A stretch of 53,806 nt of DNA, from positions 1-53,806 of the forward strand of contig CAZGJX010000011.1 in the NCBI GenBank assembly GCA_964525635.1. The letters are read 5' to 3'. The position numbers and the translations under genes are program-made. Shown here in pieces: positions 1 through 9,652 of the stretch. The DNA comes from an uncultured archaeon. Lineage in GTDB: Archaea > Asgardarchaeota > Lokiarchaeia > Sigyniarchaeales > SOKP01. The notes below the pieces were generated by a model. The model was not told where the DNA came from. It was given only the letters and a program-made list of their open reading frames with translations, and did no database searches. Numbering within the stretch: the first letter of the stretch is position 1; the number at the start of each line of letters is the position of its first letter.

Positions 1-47
1 TTAATAATTGAAGGATTCCATAGGTTATAATAATAATGAGTATATAT

Positions 48-1736
48 TTACTTTTCTCCAGTTTTCAAAACCTCTGCTAATTCATAATAATTTAATATTT
101 TTTGGGGTAATGATTTAAATCCTTGTACAAGTCTATTGATTTGGGGAGAAAATAGTAATGCATTAGATAATACGTTTCTTTTTAAATCATCTACTACTAT
201 TTTTCCTTCTGATAATAGAACTACCCTATCAGAGTATTCAGCGATACTCTCAACGTCATGAGACACAAGAATAATCGTGTTTCCCCTCTTTCTATATTCA
301 TTTAAATAAGAGAAGAATAGGTTTTTTTGTTGATAATCCATACCATGAGTAGGCTCATCCAACAATATTATTTTTGGATTAGTTACTAATATAGATGCTA
401 AAGCTACTTTTTGTTGTTCTCCAACAGATAGATAACGAGGATAGGTATTTTGGTATTTAATCAGACCAAATTGATTTAAAGTAATGTCAACTAAGGATTG
501 AATATCTTCTTGATTATAGTTTAGATTGTTTAAAATATAAGCGATTTCCTGCTCAACAGTATCATGATAAAATTGGTTTGCAGGATTTTGAAATATATAA
601 CCAATTATATATGCTAATTCAGCTATAGAACTTTTTCGAATATCTTTTTCATCAATTTGAACACTTCCTTTCCCTGGCCTCAATAATCCATTGATTAATT
701 TAAGTAAAGTTGTTTTACCAGACCCATTCCTTCCCATGATAGCAATAAACTCACCACCATAGATTTTAAGATTAATATCCTCTAATACATTTTTGTTTTT
801 TTCATAATTAAATGATATATTTTTTAACTGAACAAGAGGTTTTAATTTTTCAAAATTTTTTAAGTAATTTTCATAATTATCATCATAATTTTCATTTAAA
901 TTTAGAGGTGAAGATATTTCGGTTAGAATATTCATTAAGATTTCTCTACTTTCCTTTACAGTTAGAGGAATATCATTGATTCCTAGTTTATTGCAAATTT
1001 TTATAATAGGAGGAATAGTTATCCCTATTCTTGAAAGATCTTCTTTAAATACTTCTTTAGGTTGACCATCTCTAATAATTTGACCATTTTCAATAATGAT
1101 AATTCTATCAATAAACTGGATAACTCTATCTAGTCTATGTTCAATTAATATAATTGTTATTCCAAGTTCATCATTAAGTTTTTGAATAAGCATCATAATT
1201 TCTTCTGCTGATTTTGGATCTAATTCAGCAGTTGGTTCATCTAAAATAATAATTTCGGGATGCATTGCTAAAACTGATGCAATTGCAACTTTTTGTTTCT
1301 CCCCTCCTGAAAGCTCGTTAATTGTACGGTTTCTTAAATATGCAATTCCTATAGCATCAAGAGTTTCTTCAATACGTTTTTTAATAGTATTTATAGGTAA
1401 ATTTAGATTTTCAAGTCCAAATGCAATTTCTGCTTCTACTTCATTCATAAATAATTGATTGTCTGGATTTTGAAATATAAATCCAACCTTTTTTGCTAAA
1501 TCTCGTGTTTCATTTTTAAATACATTCATTCCTTGGACATTTATTTGTCCAGAAATTTTTCCACCGTAAAAATGAGGAATTAATCCATTAAAGGTTCTCA
1601 CTAAAGTCGACTTACCACTCCCAGAAGGACCTGTTATGAGAACAAATTCTCCTTCATTTATTTCTAAATTAATATCCTTTAATATTGATTCTTGACTTTG
1701 GTGATATCTGAAGGTTAATTGATCTATTTTTATCAT
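48..1736 (-). CDS. ecfA: ECF transporter ATPase, fused double ABC domain (EcfA-EcfA')
   Basis: Two Walker A motifs (GPSGSGKST, GRNGSGKTT), FQNP Q-loops, LSGGE/LSVGE signatures, two LDEPT Walker B motifs; overlaps ecfT. Confidence 0.93.
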   Translation of the reverse strand: MIKIDQLTFRYHQSQESILKDINLEINEGEFVLITGPSGSGKSTLVRTFNGLIPHFYGGKISGQINVQGMNVFKNETRDLAKKVGFIFQNPDNQLFMNEVEAEIAFGLENLNLPINTIKKRIEETLDAIGIAYLRNRTINELSGGEKQKVAIASVLAMHPEIIILDEPTAELDPKSAEEIMMLIQKLNDELGITIILIEHRLDRVIQFIDRIIIIENGQIIRDGQPKEVFKEDLSRIGITIPPIIKICNKLGINDIPLTVKESREILMNILTEISSPLNLNENYDDNYENYLKNFEKLKPLVQLKNISFNYEKNKNVLEDINLKIYGGEFIAIMGRNGSGKTTLLKLINGLLRPGKGSVQIDEKDIRKSSIAELAYIIGYIFQNPANQFYHDTVEQEIAYILNNLNYNQEDIQSLVDITLNQFGLIKYQNTYPRYLSVGEQQKVALASILVTNPKIILLDEPTHGMDYQQKNLFFSYLNEYRKRGNTIILVSHDVESIAEYSDRVVLLSEGKIVVDDLKRNVLSNALLFSPQINRLVQGFKSLPQKILNYYELAEVLKTGEK

Positions 1737-2698
1737 TTTAATCTCCCTCTTAAAAATAATAGAAAAATAAATAAGCTATTAATTGAAAATATGAATATTA
1801 GGAAATAATAATCCATAATATTTAATGATGGAAATTTACATTGAGGATAAGGATTATACATTCCAAAATGCTGAAAAATAATAAAGTAGAGCAATAAAAT
1901 TATAAAAATACAATTAAGAATGATGAGAATATAACCAATATATTTTAATTTTATTTGTTTGAAGATGATCCTTTTTTTAGAAACATTAAATGCCCGTGAT
2001 TCTAAAGCTTCTGCTACTTGTATTGATCTTTCTAAAGAATTTGTCAGCAGGGGTAATATTAATGTAATTTTTTTTTTTATTCGAGCAAACCAAATTCCTT
2101 TATCTAATTCTACACCTCTAGAGCGTGCAACGTCTTTGATATTTTCCATATCATCCAATAATACAGGGAAGAATTTTATAGATAAGATTAAAATTAAAGA
2201 CATCAGATAAGGCATTTTAAATTTTATAAAGATCTTCATTAAATCATCAGGATTTATAAAAACATTAATTAACGAGAAAATATAGATTACAAGAATAAGT
2301 TGAAAAACCATAATAAAACTATATACAATTGCTTCTAAAGTAATCTTTATAGTTCCATAAATAGGTATTTTTAATGGAGTAGTCAATAATATTGTAGCTC
2401 CATCATTCCTTAAAATAATATTTATAATAAAAATTACTATTCCCAAATATATCGTAGTTCTAATAAATCTAAAAACCTTTTTTATATCTTGTCCTAAAAA
2501 TGTGATTATACTTAAGTTGATAAAAATGATGAATAGATAAAATGGATTTGAAATAAAAAAAATGATAAAAAAGTAAGAGATAAAAAGAATAAATTTCAAT
2601 AGTGGGCTTGAATCATATAAATAATTTTTTTTATATCTATAAGTAATTGATAAACGATTGTAAGATTGCATAGAATTATTTTTCTTCACAAAAATCAC
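1733..2698 (-). CDS. ecfT: ECF transporter transmembrane component (EcfT/CbiQ family)
   Basis: Multi-TM protein with the two coupling motifs ARSRG and ALESRAF; adjacent to the ECF ATPase. Confidence 0.9.
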   Translation of the reverse strand: MIFVKKNNSMQSYNRLSITYRYKKNYLYDSSPLLKFILFISYFFIIFFISNPFYLFIIFINLSIITFLGQDIKKVFRFIRTTIYLGIVIFIINIILRNDGATILLTTPLKIPIYGTIKITLEAIVYSFIMVFQLILVIYIFSLINVFINPDDLMKIFIKFKMPYLMSLILILSIKFFPVLLDDMENIKDVARSRGVELDKGIWFARIKKKITLILPLLTNSLERSIQVAEALESRAFNVSKKRIIFKQIKLKYIGYILIILNCIFIILLLYFIIFQHFGMYNPYPQCKFPSLNIMDYYFLIFIFSINSLFIFLLFLRGRLK

Positions 2699-2822
2699 CC
2701 TATCAGAAGATCTCGAAATTTTATTTTAACATTTAAAATTAATCTTCTATTTATTAATAAATCCGTATTGCCTCCTTGAATCAAAATCCTGAGATTTATC
2801 AGAAATATTTAAACTTATATTA

Positions 2823-2838
2823 TAGGATATATTTCCTA
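2823..2838. promoter_or_regulatory. Palindromic operator-like site 1 (TAGGA-N6-TCCTA)
   Basis: TAGGATATATTTCCTA; its reverse complement matches site 2 at 14 of 16 positions; lies just upstream of a TTTAAATA box on the minus strand. Confidence 0.6.
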
Positions 2839-2910
2839 TTTAATTAAATCTTTTTTTTATAAAGTTTTTGTGTAAGATTTATATTTTATTTTTACTTAAT
2901 TATATTAATT

Positions 2911-2926
2911 TAGGAAACTTATCCTA
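2911..2926. promoter_or_regulatory. Palindromic operator-like site 2 (TAGGA-N6-TCCTA)
   Basis: TAGGAAACTTATCCTA immediately upstream of ATTTAAAT (2931-2938), which lies about 28 nt before the ATG at 2966. Confidence 0.6.
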
Positions 2927-2965
2927 ATGTATTTAAATCTTGAAACTTAAAGAATAGGAAATAAT

Positions 2966-4312
2966 ATGAAAAATAAGAAAATAATATACATTATAATAAT
3001 AGGATTATTCCTTTTGGAAGGGATTTTCGTTTTAAATACAATTCCATTAAATAAAGCCACATCTAATCCAATAATAGAAAATTATTTCATCAGTAATGAA
3101 GAATATATATACAACGTTACTCAATTTGATTCATATTTCACATGGGTGGGCCTTAATTGGATGGATCCTCCAAAAGGATATGCTTTAACTAATCCAGGGG
3201 GACAAATTAAAATAAATTTTACTCGATTTGGGGATAAAGATCCCTATGATTATTCAGTTTTTTCAGAACCCGTACCATATATAAATGTTTCATTATTTGA
3301 AAATGTCTCAAATAGTTTAATAGTGAATTTTACAGAAAATGATATTTCTAATAGTGAAGTTGCGATGAATCTAGCCCTTAGCTATAATGCATTTTTATCT
3401 GGCTTTTTAATACCTGTTAATAATTTAACAGAATTGAAATCTCAAGCAATTGAACAAGTTAGTCCTACAGGATTTATGGAAGGAACGGTAGATATTGTAG
3501 AAACAAATATAAGTATTCTATTTGATTTTAGACATAAAGAAGGGAGTCAAAATTCTACTATGCTATATGATAAATGGTTGGGAATTTTGCTATGGGCAAA
3601 AATAGAAAATAGTCTGGGTCCAGATTTAGAAATTTTTCTTGTTAATAAACCCTATATTACTCCGACATGGAACACAATACCCTCAGATCAAACAGTTGAA
3701 TTTGGAAACACCTTTTCTTATGAAGTAAGTGCATCAGATCTTTCCGAAATTGCATATTATGAAGTAAATGATACAGATAATTTCAACATTGATGATAATG
3801 GACTTATTACTGATAAAAATACTCTTAATGTTGGTATATATTGGATAGAAATATTGGCATATAATCCTTACGGTTATTGCTGCAATGCAACAATTATACT
3901 TACAGTAGAAGATAATACATCTCCAACATGGAATACAATACCCTCAGATCAAACAGTTGAATTTGGAATCAACTTTTCTTATGAAGTAAGTGCATCAGAT
4001 CTTTCCGAAATTGCTTATTATGAAGTAAATGATACAGATAATTTCAACATTGATAATAATGGACTTATCACTAACTCTACTATTTTAGAAATTGGAAGTT
4101 ATATATTAGAGATTCATGCCTATGATTATTATAATAATTTTTGTGATATTATAATTACAATAACAGTCAAAGATGATGATAAATCAATACTTCCAGGATA
4201 TGAAATTGGGATAATTACATCCTTAATTGGAATAATATTAATTGGTATTGTTATATTTATTAAAAAAAAACATAAAGTCATATTTCTAAATTCAGAAAAA
4301 TCCAAAAATTAA
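2966..4312 (+). CDS. Cell-surface protein with two Ig/cadherin-like repeats and a Loki-CTERM-like C-terminal anchor
   Basis: N-terminal signal/TM segment, two 87-aa repeats, many NxS/T sequons, C-terminal LPGY-TM-KKKHK. Confidence 0.8.
   Translation: MKNKKIIYIIIIGLFLLEGIFVLNTIPLNKATSNPIIENYFISNEEYIYNVTQFDSYFTWVGLNWMDPPKGYALTNPGGQIKINFTRFGDKDPYDYSVFSEPVPYINVSLFENVSNSLIVNFTENDISNSEVAMNLALSYNAFLSGFLIPVNNLTELKSQAIEQVSPTGFMEGTVDIVETNISILFDFRHKEGSQNSTMLYDKWLGILLWAKIENSLGPDLEIFLVNKPYITPTWNTIPSDQTVEFGNTFSYEVSASDLSEIAYYEVNDTDNFNIDDNGLITDKNTLNVGIYWIEILAYNPYGYCCNATIILTVEDNTSPTWNTIPSDQTVEFGINFSYEVSASDLSEIAYYEVNDTDNFNIDNNGLITNSTILEIGSYILEIHAYDYYNNFCDIIITITVKDDDKSILPGYEIGIITSLIGIILIGIVIFIKKKHKVIFLNSEKSKN
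3660..4072 (+). repeat. Intragenic direct repeat, 261-bp period; 3660-3811 nearly identical to 3921-4072
   Basis: Direct alignment by eye; about 7 mismatches over 152 bp. Confidence 0.9.
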
Positions 4313-4336
4313 TTAACATATTTAATTTTTTTTTTA

Positions 4337-4756
4337 GTGAGAATAATGAAAGCTCGAAACTATATATTTATCACGGTAATTGGAGCGATTAGTATTTTAG
4401 GTATTATATTTTATAATTGTAATATAATAGCTGGCCCTGAATTCTTAAATGAAGGAAATGAGGGTGAAAATATCAGATTAATTGTCAATTATAATAATGG
4501 TAGTATAAAAAATATAGAAAATATTCATGTCGAACCTGAAAATAATACAGTATTTGATATTTTATTAGCATTTTGTGAAGTAGAATATACCGAATATCCC
4601 GGAGGAGCAGTATTTATCGATGCTATTGATGGTATTGAAAATGAAGCTCCTAATTGGTGGCAATATTGGGTTAATGATACATATGCGCCTGTTGGTGCTT
4701 CTCATTACCATTTAAGTAGTAATAACGAGGTAAAATGGGTATATGGAGATTCATGA
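4337..4756 (+). CDS. DUF4430 / transcobalamin C-terminal-like membrane-anchored protein
   Basis: TVFDIL...FIDAIDGIEN...WWQYWVN...VGA...L...V.W.Y pattern; N-terminal TM; ECF context. Confidence 0.82.
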   Translation: MRIMKARNYIFITVIGAISILGIIFYNCNIIAGPEFLNEGNEGENIRLIVNYNNGSIKNIENIHVEPENNTVFDILLAFCEVEYTEYPGGAVFIDAIDGIENEAPNWWQYWVNDTYAPVGASHYHLSSNNEVKWVYGDS

Positions 4757-4785
4757 TTGTTTTAAAAAAGTTGAATCTTTTCTTC

Positions 4786-5679
4786 TCAGAAATTTACATT
4801 TAATTTCTTCATAATCTCTTTATATCGAGATCTAAGGGTAATCTCTGTAACTCCAACTTTTTCAGCTATTTCTTTTTGAGTAAAATTAAGTTTTTTAAGT
4901 TTTACCGCGATATATATAGCTCCAGCACATATTCCTTTTGGATCTTTTCCACTTATTGGAAAATTTGAAGTGAATGTTTTTACTATTTTATCAGCTAATC
5001 TTTCGATATCTGTATTTAAATTTAATTCCCCAATAAATTTAGGAATGAGCGCACGAGGAGTTGTATTTGGAGCTTTAAGTTTTAATTCTTTAATTAAAGT
5101 TCTATATGATCTTCTTACGTCTTTATCACTATCCCCTGATTGACTTAAGATTTCTTGGAGTGTTATTGGCACTTTTTTAATTCTACATGCATAATAAATT
5201 GAAGCAGCAATCATAGAATTTATAGATCTTCCGCGCAACAATTTCTTTTTAAAAGCATCTCTATATACTTTCATAGCTTCAGTTTTTATGTGTTGAGGTA
5301 AATCCAAATTACCACTAATTCTTTTTAATTCAGTTGTAGCAATTAGTAAATTTCTTTTTGCCCAAGGCATCCTTGTATCCCATTTAGTTGCTCTCTTAAG
5401 ATCGGGATTTTGAATTCCTTTTCGATCGATTACTGTGGTAAGTTTTATATCTGGTGTTAAATTAGAAATTGGTGAACCTAATCTTTCTCTAGCAGCTCTT
5501 TCTTGTTTAGTATATGCCCGTTTTCCACTATTTCCAAAATCAACACCTTTCTCACTCAGAACTAATCCACAACTACTGCAAACTATATCCCCAGTATTAT
5601 CTATTGAAACGATTGGGCCTCTGCATTCAGGGCAAACATTTAATGTATTATTCTCTTTTAATTTTGTTTCCATTTTCAT
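4786..5679 (-). CDS. tfb: Transcription initiation factor IIB (TFB)
   Basis: N-terminal zinc ribbon CPEC...CSSCGLV, cyclin repeats with RGRS...AASIYYACR and TQKEIAEKVGVTEITLRSRYKE. Confidence 0.95.
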   Translation of the reverse strand: MKMETKLKENNTLNVCPECRGPIVSIDNTGDIVCSSCGLVLSEKGVDFGNSGKRAYTKQERAARERLGSPISNLTPDIKLTTVIDRKGIQNPDLKRATKWDTRMPWAKRNLLIATTELKRISGNLDLPQHIKTEAMKVYRDAFKKKLLRGRSINSMIAASIYYACRIKKVPITLQEILSQSGDSDKDVRRSYRTLIKELKLKAPNTTPRALIPKFIGELNLNTDIERLADKIVKTFTSNFPISGKDPKGICAGAIYIAVKLKKLNFTQKEIAEKVGVTEITLRSRYKEIMKKLNVNF

Positions 5680-5944
5680 TCCCTCATTAAACTTTAATTT
5701 AAAATTAACTATCAGATTAAATAATCAATTGTATTGAATTTCAATCAACTATATTGTAAACCTAAACATTACAATGTTACAATTACATATATATTTCTGA
5801 TCTTTTAAATCTTTTTATTTTTATTTATTAGATGAATCCAATATATCTTTTTAGAAATTTTGTTTATTACCTCCATATTTTATAAATAATAAACCATATC
5901 ATTCTTTTTATTAACAATAATTATATAAAAAAAATTTTTTTGTA

Positions 5945-8545
5945 TCATTTCAATTCTACTAATTTAAATTTTAATTGGTTATCTTTATCTAAATCTATCT
6001 CTATAATTTTACCTTTATCAAATTTATTTTCAATAATATTCAATGAAAGTGGATTTAAAAGATAATTTTGTATTGCTCTTTTTAATGGCCTTGCTCCAAA
6101 TTGAGGATCATAACCTTTATCACTTAAAAAATCTTTTGCTTTATCAGTGAGGTTTATTCTCATCTTATTAGAATCTAAATTTTCATTTATTTTCCTTATT
6201 TGGATATCTACTATTTTTCTTATATCTTTTTTCTCAAGTGAATTGAATATAATTATATCATCAATTCTATTCAAAAACTCTGGTCTAAAATGATTTTTTA
6301 ATGTTTTTAATATAATATCATGATCTATATCTTTTTTATTTTCAATAGCTCCTTGAATATATTCGCTTCCAATATTACTAGTCATTATAATGACCGTATT
6401 TCTGAAATTTATATGTCTTGAATGTGAATCCGTTAATTTTCCCTCATCTAATATTTGAAGTAGTAAATTGAAGACATCTGGATGTGCTTTTTCAATTTCA
6501 TCAAAAAGTATTACCGTATATGGTTTTCTTATTATCTGAGAAAGCATTGCTCTATCTTCGTAACCAACATAACCTGGTGGAGCACCTATTAACTTTGATA
6601 TACTATGTTTTTCCATAAATTCAGACATATCAATCCTCAACATTGCCTCTTCGTCATCGAATAGAAATTCTGCTAAGGCTTTAGCAGTTTCAGTTTTTCC
6701 AACCCCAGTAGGACCTAAAAATATAAAAACTCCGATAGGTCTATTTGGATCTTGAATACTAGCTCTTGATCTTCTAATTGCATTTGAAACTGTAATTAAA
6801 GCATGATCCTGTCCAATAACTCTCGTTTTCAAACGCTCTTCCATTTTTAATAATTTTACTTTTTCACTTTCTAACATTTTTGAAACTGGAATACCTGTCC
6901 ATTGTGAGATGACCTCTGCAATATCCTCTTCACCTACTTCTTCTTTAAGCATGGAGGTTTCTTTTTGTATTTCATCCAAATTATCTTGATATTTTTTTAA
7001 TTCTTTTTTCAAATCATTTAGAACTCCATATGTTAATTTTGCAGCTCTTTCAAGTTCTCCTCTTTTTTCAGCCTTTTCTGATTCTAATTTAGTTTCTTCC
7101 ATTTTTTTGTTTATTTCTGTTATTTTTGATATAGCTTCTTTTTCATTTCTCCATTGTAATTTTAATTGGTCACTTTTTTCCTTTAAATCGTGTAATTCCT
7201 CTTCTATTTTTTCTTTTCTTTCTATGGCAGCTTTTCCTGTTTCTTTTTTAAGAGCTTCTTTTTGTATTTCAAATTGTATTATTTTCCGTTCAATTTCATC
7301 AATTTCAGTTGGCATACTATCTATTTCAATCCTTAATCTTGAAGCAGCTTCATCTATTAAATCTATAGCTTTATCAGGTAAAAATCGATCAGAAATATAC
7401 CTATCAGCTAATTTTGCAGCGTTAATAATTGCAGAATCAGAAATTCTTACTCCATGGTGTATTTCATATTTTTCTTTTAATCCTCTAAGTATAGCAATTG
7501 TATCTTCTAACGTAGGCTCATCAACAAGGACTGTTTGGAATCTTCTTGTTAAAGCCGCATCTTTTTCAATATACTTCCTATATTCATCTAAAGTAGTTGC
7601 TCCAATTGCTCTTAACTCACCTCTAGCTAGGGCAGGTTTTAACATATTTGATGCATCAATAGCACCTTCTGCAGCACCAGCACCCACTAATGTATGAAGC
7701 TCATCAATAAATAAAATATATTTACCAGCACCTTCTTCAACTTCTTTTAAAAATGCTTTTAATCGATCCTCGAATTCACCTCGGTATTTTGCTCCAGCAA
7801 TCATAGCCGCTAAATCCAATGAGATTATATCTTTATGTTTCAATGAATCAGGTATATCTCCATTTGCAATTCTTTGAGCAAGCCCCTCCACAATTGCCGT
7901 TTTGCCAACACCAGCTTCTCCAATTAAAACAGGATTATTTTTTGTTCTTCTTGAAAGAATATGCATAACACGTCTTATTTCTTTATCACGTCCAATTACA
8001 GGATCCAACTTATCTCTTCTAGCTAAATCTGTAAGATTTCGACTATATTTATCAATTGCCCGATATTTATCTTCTGGATTTTGATCAATAATTCTTTTGC
8101 TACCCCTTACTGATTTTAATGCTTGTAATATTCTATCCTTTGTAATTCCAAAATTTTTCATTATTTGATAAATTAGTAATGAATCTAATGATGACATTAC
8201 CATAAGAATATGTTCTGTGCTTAGATATTCATCTCTCATAGTTTTAGCTTCTTTCCAAGCCTCGTCAAACATTTTTTTTGTATTAGGTGATATCATTACA
8301 TTTGTAGCTCCCGGACCTGTTACACTAGGTAATTTATCAAGTTCATTATGTAAATCATTGGAAAAATGCTCAATATTAATTCCTAATTTTTGAAGTAATG
8401 GACGTGTGACTCCATCTTGTTGCTCAATTAATGATATTAAAATATGAACTGGCTCTATTTTTTGATGATTATTACTTTCTGCAAGTGATTGAGAAGCTAC
8501 TAAAGCTTCTTGAACTTTAATCGTAAAATTATCTATCTTCATCAT
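5945..8545 (-). CDS. clpB: ATP-dependent disaggregase ClpB
   Basis: Clp N-domain, NBD1 ([21 protein letters not shown]), long coiled-coil M domain, NBD2 ([20 protein letters not shown]). Confidence 0.96.
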   Translation of the reverse strand: MMKIDNFTIKVQEALVASQSLAESNNHQKIEPVHILISLIEQQDGVTRPLLQKLGINIEHFSNDLHNELDKLPSVTGPGATNVMISPNTKKMFDEAWKEAKTMRDEYLSTEHILMVMSSLDSLLIYQIMKNFGITKDRILQALKSVRGSKRIIDQNPEDKYRAIDKYSRNLTDLARRDKLDPVIGRDKEIRRVMHILSRRTKNNPVLIGEAGVGKTAIVEGLAQRIANGDIPDSLKHKDIISLDLAAMIAGAKYRGEFEDRLKAFLKEVEEGAGKYILFIDELHTLVGAGAAEGAIDASNMLKPALARGELRAIGATTLDEYRKYIEKDAALTRRFQTVLVDEPTLEDTIAILRGLKEKYEIHHGVRISDSAIINAAKLADRYISDRFLPDKAIDLIDEAASRLRIEIDSMPTEIDEIERKIIQFEIQKEALKKETGKAAIERKEKIEEELHDLKEKSDQLKLQWRNEKEAISKITEINKKMEETKLESEKAEKRGELERAAKLTYGVLNDLKKELKKYQDNLDEIQKETSMLKEEVGEEDIAEVISQWTGIPVSKMLESEKVKLLKMEERLKTRVIGQDHALITVSNAIRRSRASIQDPNRPIGVFIFLGPTGVGKTETAKALAEFLFDDEEAMLRIDMSEFMEKHSISKLIGAPPGYVGYEDRAMLSQIIRKPYTVILFDEIEKAHPDVFNLLLQILDEGKLTDSHSRHINFRNTVIIMTSNIGSEYIQGAIENKKDIDHDIILKTLKNHFRPEFLNRIDDIIIFNSLEKKDIRKIVDIQIRKINENLDSNKMRINLTDKAKDFLSDKGYDPQFGARPLKRAIQNYLLNPLSLNIIENKFDKGKIIEIDLDKDNQLKFKLVELK

Positions 8546-8559
8546 AATACATTATACCT

Positions 8560-9570
8560 CTATAAACCATTTTCTTTTAATTTTTCTAATAGTTCTTTTT
8601 GTTTTTTATTTATTCTACTAGGGATTTCAATTTTAACTTTAACCATAAGATTTCCTCTTTCTTCTGAATTTATTTTATAAAATCCTTGATTTTTAACTCT
8701 TAAAATAGTTGAATCACCAGTTCCAAGAGGGATTTTAACATTTAAACTTCTATCTATTCCTTGTATTTTAATTTTTCCACCAAGAACTGCTGTTGTAAAA
8801 GGAATTTTAACATCAATATATATATCATTTTCTTTTCTTACAAAAACAGGATGATCTTCAATGTTTATATTAATATAGAGATCTCCCGGATTACCCCCAC
8901 TCATTCCAAGCATACCTTTTCCTTTCAATCGTAATTTTTGTCCTCTTTTTATACCCCTTGGTATTCTAACTTTAATGGATTCAATTTTACCTGTATTTGG
9001 ATCATTATATTGGATTCCTTTACTACCTCCATAAAATGCATCTAGAAAATCAATTGTCATTTCATATTTAAGATCTTCTCCTTCTCTTGGAATATTTGTT
9101 GATCTTGTCCTAAATCCAGAACTATTAGATTTTCCTCTACCAAATACGTCAAATATATCATTAAGATCACCAAAGAAATCAAATCCACCTGTTCTTCCAG
9201 ATCCTCCCCCAAGAATATCATTGAAATTAAAATCCTCTCCAAGTCCGCCAGAGGAAGAATAAAATACAGTACTCCCATTGGAGGTCTTATAAGCTCTAGG
9301 ACGCCCTCCTCCTTGTCCTCCCCAATCATCATAAGATGAGGGTATTTCACCTTCAATAACACCAAATTTATCGTACATCTCTCTTTTTTTATCATCATTC
9401 AGTAGGGTATAAGCTTCATTAATTTCTTTAAATTTTTCTCCAGATTTCTCCTCATCAGGATTTACATCAGGATGGTATTTCCTAGCCATTTTACGAAATG
9501 CTCTCTTTATTTCATCTTTTGATGCATTTTTTTCAATACCTAATATTTTGTAATAATCTTTCTTTGGCAT
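8560..9570 (-). CDS. dnaJ: J-domain co-chaperone, class B/CbpA-like (no zinc-finger region)
   Basis: J domain with HPD, G/F-rich linker, C-terminal domains; no CxxCxGxG repeats. Confidence 0.92.
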   Translation of the reverse strand: MPKKDYYKILGIEKNASKDEIKRAFRKMARKYHPDVNPDEEKSGEKFKEINEAYTLLNDDKKREMYDKFGVIEGEIPSSYDDWGGQGGGRPRAYKTSNGSTVFYSSSGGLGEDFNFNDILGGGSGRTGGFDFFGDLNDIFDVFGRGKSNSSGFRTRSTNIPREGEDLKYEMTIDFLDAFYGGSKGIQYNDPNTGKIESIKVRIPRGIKRGQKLRLKGKGMLGMSGGNPGDLYININIEDHPVFVRKENDIYIDVKIPFTTAVLGGKIKIQGIDRSLNVKIPLGTGDSTILRVKNQGFYKINSEERGNLMVKVKIEIPSRINKKQKELLEKLKENGL

Positions 9571-9652
9571 ATATGATCCCTCATTTTAATAATAACTATA
9601 AATTAATTAATTTTTACAATCGTGATAAAATTAAAAAAAAAAAAGTTAATAA

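Noticed and set aside
2699-2965. Cobalamin riboswitch upstream of the ECF genes
   Set aside because: Too AT-rich; no B12-box or GGGAA/ACTG core motifs visible
3660-4072. Possible DGR template/variable repeat pair
   Set aside because: Mismatches are not adenine-specific, both copies are in-frame domains of one gene, and there is no reverse transcriptase
7107-7697. Long antisense ORFs (also 5435, 15689, 22325, 41454, 44948, 46853 and others in the track)
   Set aside because: Shadows of well-supported genes on the opposite strand, with no independent motifs
9057-9398. Alternative-frame ORF inside dnaJ (similarly 33130..33333 inside the Lrp gene)
   Set aside because: Overlaps a clear gene in another frame; no evidence of function
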